Below are positions 1 through 8,236 of a DNA stretch of 64,000 nt, one piece after another. Source of the DNA: Paraphysomonas bandaiensis (Eukaryota; Protista; Chrysophyceae); the NCBI GenBank assembly GCA_965644295.1, contig CBFFRP010000044.1, positions 1 through 64,000 on the forward strand, written 5' to 3'. A program made the translations under genes and the position numbers. Positions within the stretch are counted from its first letter, which is position 1; each line of letters opens with the position of its first letter. A model generated the notes under the pieces. It made no database searches. It was not told the DNA's origin and saw only the letters and a program-made list of their open reading frames with translations.

Positions 1-1202
1 TCGTCGATGTCTGGTCTGCCAGTGTGAAATTCGATGCGAGATATGAGGCCGAGGCCCGTACAGTCAGAATTGGTATATCGGATGCGCCCTTTCCATGTTT
101 CACTTATCACCGCGAGGGCGCCCCCCATGTGTGGGTCAGTGGGTCCGAGCTTCGGTTTCGTGTTAAGAAAGCGGCATACGAGAACCCCTGGGATCTGGTC
201 CTGTATATAGTCGTCTAGGTAGGCTGCTTGTCTTTGTGAGAGCCGTACGTCGAGGAGGTAAAGGCAATCTAGACTTTGAGAGCGAAAGTAGTGGAGTATG
301 GCCTCTATTTTTCCGGGGTTGCTGGAAGGGTTGCCATTGACGTTCCACGTTGAGAATTTGAAATGTGTGGCGTGTGTTAGTGGACTGCGCGAAGGTTCGG
401 GGAGGGTGAGGGTCTGCCGTGGTGGCGACTGCTTTTGGGAGAGTAAGGTGTGCCATTCCTGCTCTCGGAGCGCAATATCTTCGGCATACGCCGCTCTTGC
501 TTGGAGGAGGATCTCTGTCGACCACTTTTGGTCTTCCCAATACTGGTACCCGTAGTTGACGAGGAGTTCTTCGTGGGGGTTGATTTTGCGTAATGCTCGT
601 ATGTATATCCGTCCCGTTTTTGTGTAGAACTCTACGTTGGCGGCATTGGCCTGTAGCGGGTCGTTGATGTATCCGGCTGCGCAAAGTATGCGTTTGCTTT
701 TCCTGTCCCTGGCGTCTATTACGAATGTTCCTTGTGTGTCTTGGACGAGATAGTCGGAGGAACGCTCCGTGGACCGGGCTTCCAGGATAGAGAGTCTTTG
801 GCCAGTGCACTCGGAAATGATGGCATGGGCCGGGATCTGCTCTCCGGCGTATAAGGCATTTCCTTTGGGCAGGGTGTCTGCTAGGCCCATCAGGACTTTA
901 TATTTGAGTGTAGGGTCCCATGTGAGCGGTTGGGGTGGATTCGCTGCTTGGAGTAAGGTGCGGAAGGGCACGTGTGGACAGTATAATGTATGTGTAGGGA
1001 CTGTGTCAGGGAGGTCTGCATAGGACTGGGCGTGTCGGGCTTTACGAGGGGGCTGTGTCCTGGTGGGGAGTGTGGGGGTCCGGTTGCCTTTTGTCCGGGG
1101 AGTTTTCCGTGGCCTAGATGTAGAATTGTGGGGGAGGAGTTTATGGTGTCTGATGATGGAATGGTGTCGGCCACTGTGGTCTCTGAAGGCGCAGGAGGGC
1201 AT
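1..1202 (-). CDS. ORF-B (not in the ORF track, no stop in window): SET domain followed by the N-terminus of an APE endonuclease
   Basis: Manual translation: the frame is open from 1244 to the window edge, first ATG at 1202. SET-like segment at ~880..537: KGNALYAGEQIPAHAIISECTG...DYLVQ...FVIDARD...AAGYINDP...ANVEF...IYIRALRKINPHEELLVNYGYQYW. APE-like segment at 362..1: FKFSTWNVNG...KIEAILHYFRSQSLDCLYLLDVRL...MGGALAVISETW...DCTGLGLISRIEF. Confidence 0.85.
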   Translation of the reverse strand, partial: MPSCAFRDHSGRHHSIIRHHKLLPHNSTSRPRKTPRTKGNRTPTLPTRTQPPRKARHAQSYADLPDTVPTHTLYCPHVPFRTLLQAANPPQPLTWDPTLKYKVLMGLADTLPKGNALYAGEQIPAHAIISECTGQRLSILEARSTERSSDYLVQDTQGTFVIDARDRKSKRILCAAGYINDPLQANAANVEFYTKTGRIYIRALRKINPHEELLVNYGYQYWEDQKWSTEILLQARAAYAEDIALREQEWHTLLSQKQSPPRQTLTLPEPSRSPLTHATHFKFSTWNVNGNPSSNPGKIEAILHYFRSQSLDCLYLLDVRLSQRQAAYLDDYIQDQIPGVLVCRFLNTKPKLGPTDPHMGGALAVISETWKGRIRYTNSDCTGLGLISRIEFHTGRPDID

Positions 1203-4200
1203 GTGGGTGTGGCTACGGGGCTGGTGGGATGTTGTGGGCGTGCATTAATGGGCGGGACGTCGCGCTGAACGCTGGGTTCACGCACTTGAATGTGTGGTTC
1301 AAGGTTGAGTAGAGCGTTGTCAAGGTTGATGGCGAGGCCGGCAGGGTTGATGATGTAGAAGTGTGCGTTGTGCAGGACTATGTGAGGGAGATTCAGAAGT
1401 ATGGCTTCACGGAGTTCGTCTGACGTCCACGCAGGGCCGTACGCGTGGGGGTCGCTGGGTATGCCAACAATGCTGATTGATTCTCCATCAGTGGCCCATG
1501 TGGTTGTGGGGGTGAAGAATGTGGCGAGCCAGTGCATTTCGCGGACAGATAACCAGTGACGAATGTCGTCCGGGGTGGTGTATGTGTGTTGATGCCTGCT
1601 GGTCATGGCTGTGAGAGCATGTTGTAGCTTGACGATGGTGGTTTGGTCACAGCTAGGGTGGAGGAGCACGTCTCGAAGTAGGTTGCTGAGCCACTGTCCT
1701 GCGTAGGTCCTGTGCTCTGGTCGCCGGAAGTCGAGCTCCCAATAGGTGGCTGTAGGTCGTTTGCTGGTCATGAGCATGTGCAATCGATGGAGGGTTCCGT
1801 ATGCACAGTATCCGTTGGCTGGGATATCGTGTGCTGTGTGGATGTTCTGCGCGGATACATGAAGCCTGAATATTCTGCCAGCGTTCTGTATTGCTGTGCG
1901 GGGCGGTTGAGGCTGATCGGGATGTAGAGTTTGGGCTTCGATTTCCCTTAGTCCACGCGGAGTGATACTCAAGGTCACCATACCGTCGGTGATATAGAGA
2001 GGGGTAGGGGATGATGTGGTGCATGGGGGTGGTGGTGAGGTGTATATGTCGATACAGCTGGTGTTGTGGTCCTGTGCAGCTGCATACGCTGGTGTGTGTA
2101 GAGTGTCCATGTTGTTATGGGAGGGAGTGGTTGTGCCGTGGGGTTGGTATGATGTCGTGGTGTGTGATACTGGATGTGGACAAGTGAAGAGGTGGGATGA
2201 TGTTTGGGCGGACTGAAGAAGCTGCAACAGGGAGAGTCTAGCTGCACGAGAAGCATTGGTGCACTTACTGTCGACATCGGTAATCCTGAGGAGAAAGTAG
2301 TGAGATGCGCTATACGCGACGTTGTGGACTGGTGTAGGGGGGTGTCGAGTCGTTCCTGTCGACGTCTTGAGGAGGACCCAGCCACGCTGAAGGTACAGCG
2401 GGTGTCCCTGCCAGAACTGGAATCGGAGTCGTAGTAGTTTAAGCATGAGTAGGAAGTCTTCGGTGTCCATGTAGTGTTTGGCGGGGAGGGCTTTGGCCTG
2501 TGAGTTGGGGGAGCGGAGGGAATTCCTCATGCGGGTGAGTGTACGCCGCAGTGTTTGGATACGTGTGGCAGTGATGCCTGCAGTGAGGCATAGGGCCAGC
2601 AAGCGTTGCACCAGTGACAATAATGCGGTGGTATCCTCCTCGCTGGAAAGGTGCACAGGGTTGTATTTTCCTGGTGCAGTTGACCTCAGAATTTGATGAG
2701 CTGCTGCCACCGAGCAGAAGCCACGTCCGGGGGTGGCGGCGTAATCCGTATCGCAGTTGAACGAGGTGACGTGTATGTAGTTGGAACTGTCGTTGACAGT
2801 ATTGAAGAGTGTGGGCCAGGCTGTTGGGTCCGGAGAGGTCATGATGGTGGTGTGGAGTTGGTGTAGGAGATCCTCTCGCAGGGACGCTGCTATTTGGCCG
2901 GTGTTGTCGTAGGCAGCCCAGGTGTTGGTGAGTAAATTGGTGAAGGGGACTGTGCTGTCCTGTTGTGGGGGCTTAGCCTCCAGCTGGTTAACTTTGGCAG
3001 TCGTGGGGGAAGTGGGGCCAGTCGTGGTGGACAGAGGAGTGAAGGTATCTGTGGTGCCAGACCTGTTCGGTTTCAGGAGCTGGGGTGTGGGAGTGATACA
3101 GTGAGTTGAGGACAGAGTCGCTGAGCCGTGATTTTTGTGGGAGGTTTTGTCGCGTGCATGGGCTGTTACTGTGAGAGGTGGGTGGGAGACTGTGGATGGG
3201 TGGTGACCTGGTGGAGCGACTATAGTAGTGTGCGATGTTTCGGAGTGAGTGTGGTCTGTACCGCAGGTATTATGTTGTTCGGTGGTGTGTGATTGTTGAC
3301 GGGTGGGTATGGGGGGGAAGAAGTCGAAGAGGGTGGTTAGGGATGGTGCGGTCTGGTGGGAGGCATGGACACGTCGGCGTCGATGGGAGGGGGGCCTCCG
3401 TGCGGGGCCATCTCCGCTATCGTCAGAGGTATACCCTGGGCCCTGCTGGTGTGCCGAGGGGTGCTCTGTGCGCTGTGTGTTTGTATCATGTGGACCCCGG
3501 GAATGCTGTGCGTAGGTTCTGTGCGTCGAGCACCATGTGTAGTCTCGACTAAATGGCTCATGTAGCATGGAACACAACAGCAGCTTCAAGGTGATACAGG
3601 GGGAGTGTTTTGGATGTAGAGGTGGAGACAAAGGTGATAGTGTTTCGTAGGTTCTCTGCGGTGAGTGCGAAGTGTAGGCGAGACTACATAGCTCGGACCC
3701 CAGGGAACACAACAATGAGAGTGGGAGTGTAGCCTGGGGGTGTATGTATTGGGATATAGGGGAAGGACGGTTATGTCTCCTGGGGAGTTGTCCCGCGTTA
3801 TCTGGAGCTGCCATGGGAGTGGGAGCGTCGGCTTGGTGGGTATTACCTGGGGTTGTGGGCTGTCGAGATACCTTATTAGGGGGTTTACGTGGTCGACGCT
3901 TGGGCGGACCGTCGCTGCTGTCGTCACTGCTGTAACCAGGTCCAACCTGGCGTGGTCTGAGTTGGTGTTTTTTCGCACCTCTTTGCGTCGGAGGATTGTC
4001 GTGTGAAAGCTTGTGAGTACTATGGGCTGTGAACAGGCATACCTGGTGCATGCACAGCATTTCCACAGTCCGCTCTGTGCATCGCGTGAGAGCGTGAGTT
4101 GGAGGATGTGGGTGGTGGTGTGCTGTTGGACGGGCACAGGAGGGGAGGTGGGTGTTTTGATGCAGGTGAGCAGTACCATGGGCTGTGAACAGGCACACCT

Positions 4201-5677
4201 GGTGCATGCACAGCATTTCCACAGTCTGCTCTGTGCATCCTGTGAGAGCGTGAGTTGGAGGATGTAGGTGGTGGTGTGCTGTTGGACGGGCACGGGAGGG
4301 GAGGTGGATGTGGGTGTTTTGATGCAGGTGAACAGTACCATGGGCTGTGAACATGCACACCTGGTACATGCACAGCGTTTCTACAGTCCGCTCTGTGCAT
4401 CGCGTGAGAGCGCGAGTTGGCGTGTGCTGGTGGTGTTGTGCTAGTGCACGGACACAGGAGGGGAGGTGGATGTGGGTGTTTTGATGCAGGTGAGCAGTAC
4501 CATGGGCTGTGAACAGGCACACCTGGTGCATGCACAGCATTTCCACAGTCCGCTCTGTGCATCCTGTGAGAGCGTGAGTTGGAGAATGTAGGTGGTGGTG
4601 TGCTGTTGGACGGGCACGGGAGGGGAGGTGGATGTGGGTGTTTTTATGCAGGTGAACAGTACCATGGGCTGTGAACATGCACACCTGGTACATGCACAGC
4701 GTTTCTACAGTCCGCTCTGTGCATCGCGTGAGAGCGCGAGTTGGCGTGTGCTGGTGGTGTTGTGCTAGTGCACGGACACAGGAGGGGAGGTGGATGTGGG
4801 TGTTTTGATGCAGGTGAGCAGTACCATGGGCTGTGAACAGGCACACCTGGTGCATGCACAGCATTTCCACAGTCCGCTCTGTGCATCCTGTGAGAGCGTG
4901 AGTTGGAGAATGTAGGTGGTGGTGTGCTGTTGGACGGGCACGGGAGGGGAGGTGGATGTGGGTGTTTTTATGCAGGTGAACAGTACCATGGGCTGTGAAC
5001 ATGCACACCTGGTACATGCACAGCGTTTCTACAGTCCGCTCTGTGCATCGCGTGAGAGCGCGAGTTGGCGTGTGCTGGTGGTGTTGTGCTAGTGCACGGA
5101 CACAGGAGGGGAGGTGGATGTGGGTGTTTTGATGCAGGTGAGCAGTACCATGGGCTGTGAACAGGCACGCGAGGTGCATGCACAGCATCTCCACAGTCCG
5201 CTCTGGGCATCTCGTGAGCTGTATTATCTCATATGGTCTTTGCGTCGAGCACAATGTGTATACATGGCTACATGGCTCATATGGCGTTGAACACAACAGC
5301 GGGTTCGAAATGGGACGGTGTGTGTGTGTTGAGTGGAATAGAGTGGGCGGAGGTAACGGTGAAACGGGGGTTCTCTGCGGTCGGCACCATGTGTAGACTA
5401 GACTGTATCGCGACGAAAATAAGGCACGGACAGGTCGATATGGCTCAGGAATATTAAGGAGTTGTGTGTGTTTGTTGTTAATGTATGGGGTGTGATGTAA
5501 GGAGGTATAGTGGCATAGTGTAGGAGGGAGTAGATGCAGTGGGGGTGGAGTGTGTCGGTGTGTGATCTGGAGGGCGTATACATCAGAATACTGGAGTGGT
5601 AGGGAGGAGCGTATAAGGGCTGTAGTACTCTTCATGTGTAGAGGCGGGAGGCGGTGGATTGTGTGTACTCTGCACAA
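890..5677 (-). CDS. ORF-A: 1595-aa retroelement protein with 54-aa Cys/His repeats and two OTU-like cysteine protease domains
   Basis: ORF track. First domain at ~2750..2290: TPGRGFCSVAAAHQIL...HYMDTEDFLLML...AYSASHYFLL. Second at ~1840..1350: IPANGYCAYGTL...HWLSVREMHWLA...VLHNAHFYII. The true start codon is uncertain. Confidence 0.65.
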   Translation of the reverse strand: MCRVHTIHRLPPLHMKSTTALIRSSLPLQYSDVYALQITHRHTPPPLHLLPPTLCHYTSLHHTPYINNKHTQLLNIPEPYRPVRALFSSRYSLVYTWCRPQRTPVSPLPPPTLFHSTHTHRPISNPLLCSTPYEPCSHVYTLCSTQRPYEIIQLTRCPERTVEMLCMHLACLFTAHGTAHLHQNTHIHLPSCVRALAQHHQHTPTRALTRCTERTVETLCMYQVCMFTAHGTVHLHKNTHIHLPSRARPTAHHHLHSPTHALTGCTERTVEMLCMHQVCLFTAHGTAHLHQNTHIHLPSCVRALAQHHQHTPTRALTRCTERTVETLCMYQVCMFTAHGTVHLHKNTHIHLPSRARPTAHHHLHSPTHALTGCTERTVEMLCMHQVCLFTAHGTAHLHQNTHIHLPSCVRALAQHHQHTPTRALTRCTERTVETLCMYQVCMFTAHGTVHLHQNTHIHLPSRARPTAHHHLHPPTHALTGCTEQTVEMLCMHQVCLFTAHGTAHLHQNTHLPSCARPTAHHHPHPPTHALTRCTERTVEMLCMHQVCLFTAHSTHKLSHDNPPTQRGAKKHQLRPRQVGPGYSSDDSSDGPPKRRPRKPPNKVSRQPTTPGNTHQADAPTPMAAPDNAGQLPRRHNRPSPISQYIHPQATLPLSLLCSLGSELCSLAYTSHSPQRTYETLSPLSPPLHPKHSPCITLKLLLCSMLHEPFSRDYTWCSTHRTYAQHSRGPHDTNTQRTEHPSAHQQGPGYTSDDSGDGPARRPPSHRRRRVHASHQTAPSLTTLFDFFPPIPTRQQSHTTEQHNTCGTDHTHSETSHTTIVAPPGHHPSTVSHPPLTVTAHARDKTSHKNHGSATLSSTHCITPTPQLLKPNRSGTTDTFTPLSTTTGPTSPTTAKVNQLEAKPPQQDSTVPFTNLLTNTWAAYDNTGQIAASLREDLLHQLHTTIMTSPDPTAWPTLFNTVNDSSNYIHVTSFNCDTDYAATPGRGFCSVAAAHQILRSTAPGKYNPVHLSSEEDTTALLSLVQRLLALCLTAGITATRIQTLRRTLTRMRNSLRSPNSQAKALPAKHYMDTEDFLLMLKLLRLRFQFWQGHPLYLQRGWVLLKTSTGTTRHPPTPVHNVAYSASHYFLLRITDVDSKCTNASRAARLSLLQLLQSAQTSSHLFTCPHPVSHTTTSYQPHGTTTPSHNNMDTLHTPAYAAAQDHNTSCIDIYTSPPPPCTTSSPTPLYITDGMVTLSITPRGLREIEAQTLHPDQPQPPRTAIQNAGRIFRLHVSAQNIHTAHDIPANGYCAYGTLHRLHMLMTSKRPTATYWELDFRRPEHRTYAGQWLSNLLRDVLLHPSCDQTTIVKLQHALTAMTSRHQHTYTTPDDIRHWLSVREMHWLATFFTPTTTWATDGESISIVGIPSDPHAYGPAWTSDELREAILLNLPHIVLHNAHFYIINPAGLAINLDNALLNLEPHIQVREPSVQRDVPPINARPQHPTSPVATPTCPPAPSETTVADTIPSSDTINSSPTILHLGHGKLPGQKATGPPHSPPGHSPLVKPDTPSPMQTSLTQSLHIHYTVHTCPSAPYSKQRIHPNRSHGTLHSNIKS
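4014..5220. repeat. 162-bp tandem repeat (~7.5 units), mostly alternating A/B variants (324-bp higher-order repeat)
   Basis: The anchor tgcaggtga occurs at 4161, 4323, 4485, 4647, 4809, 4971 and 5133; units alternate gagcag/gaacag variants; the leftmost unit is 6 bp shorter; the reading frame is preserved. Confidence 0.95.
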
Positions 5678-6227
5678 TATACAGTGTAAGATACGGTGTA
5701 TTCCAGTGGTGTAGGTTGCGTGTGTATGACTGAGTATCGGTGGTGTGTGTGATGATGTTGGAGAGGGTGTGATGGAGGAGTGTAAAGTATGAAAACACCG
5801 TAGACGAGGTTTGTGATGGAGCTCTGGAGGGCTTCTTACTAGGGAGAAGGTAAATTCTGCACTTCACAAAGTTAAGCAATGAGGCCACAGAGAGACTGCT
5901 GGATTTCGATGTATTCTTCTGACCTCTGAGGCATATGCCCGATATGATGAAGCAAAAGCATATACAATATAGAGAGCTTATAGTATAAAATATCCCGATA
6001 GCTGGTTATTACACGTTAAATAGTAGAATAGTTAAGCACTGACTCATAATCGCCTATTGCTAATAATACGACATTCACTACTGCTACAGTAGTATTATTG
6101 GTACCTATGTTCGGAGACGACGCGGCAACATCTGTTAGGGCCACCTACCGCTGCGGATTAAATTATATTTTTATCGCAAATATACACAAAAAATCAAATA
6201 TATGAAATAATCTAATGAGTGCACACT

Positions 6228-7554
6228 CTAGTTTAAAGCTTTTACTGTAACTTTTTTAAGTCTTTTATCTCTACTGCCACTTCCCCCTTTAGGAGTGCGT
6301 TCCACACGAACAGAACCATCATAAAAATGTTGAAACAAGGACACACGCCTCTTAGTCAACTCACGTTTCGATATTGTCGCCTTTGAGTTGTATTTCTTTG
6401 CAGTTACATGCTTATTTAAGGTCACTGCAAGCTTAGACAAGTCTTTAGATCCTTGACGTACAAGTTCCACTCCGTTCCCAATGATACGCTCGAACACAGA
6501 CTTTTTCCTTGGCTTACTCAGAGCTGGCTTTGCATTTCTACCATTATTATTACCAAAACGAAGAGAACCAAAAATTGATTCATTGCGCATTCTCTTGCCC
6601 GCCTTTACCTGATTATGCCTGCGAGAAGCTGTTAAAACGTCAAATATTGATTTCTTCCGCGAGCTTGTTGTTTTGGGAGACACCACCGACACCTGACAAG
6701 CTCACAGTCACATACTATTGTAAACTTAATAAAAGGAAGCATATACCTTCATATTGCACATTCTATAAGTTACGTCTTCTTGAGCAATTTTGGCAGCAGC
6801 TTGAGCTCTTTCCATCTTCACTATATCCCCTCCGTTGTTTGTAATCATGTCAACAGGGAAATATTTTTTAGAAAACATTTTAGTCCGATAAGCGTCGTGA
6901 AGTTGCCAAAACATTTCACCACATAAATGCTCACGTAATTTTGCGCGCAACACAATGATTGGATACAGTATAGCACTGTGCGTGAGAATAATATTGTTAA
7001 ATGTATCTCTATCGATTGAGTGCTTGGCATCTTCCTGGAGCTTATGATGTAGATTGAGAGCCTGAGAGTTCTTTGACCAATTATCGCCGTAGAAATCTCG
7101 AACAATAGCATCTACTTCACCAATATCAATACGGGAATTATCGTTAATATCATACAGGTGAAAAACATAATCAACAGTGGTCGTCTTCGTCAATGTACAG
7201 AAATCCCTGATATAATATAATAATAAATATTAAAAAACAGTATATTATGTATTATACATACCACATCGCTAATACAAACTCATTAAACTCTAACATGATT
7301 GGTGGACGCTTATTATATGATCGAAATACACGTCTTAAAAATGGGGTTTCATTTTCTTCAATTTTAAGTAATAATGCACTTAATGGTATGCAACCATTAC
7401 TATTAATTAGTATATTACAGAAACTTTCATGAAGTTTCTTTATATCATGTGTAGAAAGACCTAATGATTGATATTTCTTATGATATGAGCCAATAGCACG
7501 ACTGCGTAAGTAGACTCCATCATAATGATGTTGTATACATAATCCACACCCCAT
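6228..7554 (-). CDS. EF-hand (calcineurin-B-like) protein with N-terminal MGCGLC acylation motif, 3 exons
   Basis: Exons 7554-7262, 7206-6747 and 6692-6228 joined by GT-AG introns; EF loop FHLYDINDNSRIDIGEV; MG plus nearby Cys suggests myristoylation/palmitoylation. Confidence 0.75.
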
Positions 7555-8236
7555 ATGATAAGGGTAGTATAATAATAATATTACAAAGGTTTTATTATAC
7601 AAGAATAATGATATCTATTTCTATTATATCTATTAATATCATACTTCTAGTATCACTTGGTCTATATGGAGATATTCATATGTTATGATAACCTCTGTAC
7701 ACACTGGTGTACATACATACTGCTGTACATACATAGTGCTGTACATACATACTGTATATATGTACACTGTCCACACAGTATATATGTACTGTATATATAT
7801 ATGAGGTGGATTTCTGATTGTATTGTAACGTCTATATACTGTGTGTTTTTTTATATGAGAGGATACGTACATTATGAAATATCCGTATTCTACAGGTATT
7901 TCATATAGAAGGACAATATATGGTATACCGTATAGTATACTTCTGTATACGGTGGTATCTCTCTGGCCTGTGGACGGAAGTTAAAGTTAAGATCTAGCAG
8001 TACCATATACTGCTGTAGTATGCCACATATCTCATAGGGTATTATCGTATCATCCATACATACATACCTACATACATACATATACACATACACATACACA
8101 TATACTTCATAGTCTAATTCACGTACATCATATACACATAGAGTGTATATAGTATGCATCTCCTCATGTTGTATACTATCTAACATCATCCATAAGTCTC
8201 ATCTATATTCCCCTCTATCATCTCTTACATATTACA

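Larger units (their letters stand above)
1..5900 (-). mobile_element. 5' portion of a putative non-LTR (LINE-like) retrotransposon carrying OTU-like, SET and APE domains; runs off the left edge
   Basis: GC-richer, intronless block with a C/A-rich minus strand, unlike the host genes; two long overlapping minus-strand frames; APE endonuclease N-terminal motifs at 362..1. RT is not visible (it would lie beyond the window). The 5' boundary is approximate and based on composition. Confidence 0.75.

Noticed and set aside
163-810. 215-aa minus-strand ORF in the track
   Set aside because: It is an alternative frame overlapping the SET/APE frame, which carries the recognisable motifs.
4014-5220. CRISPR-like array
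   Set aside because: The units are contiguous 162-bp repeats with no unique spacers, the context is eukaryotic, and no cas genes are present.
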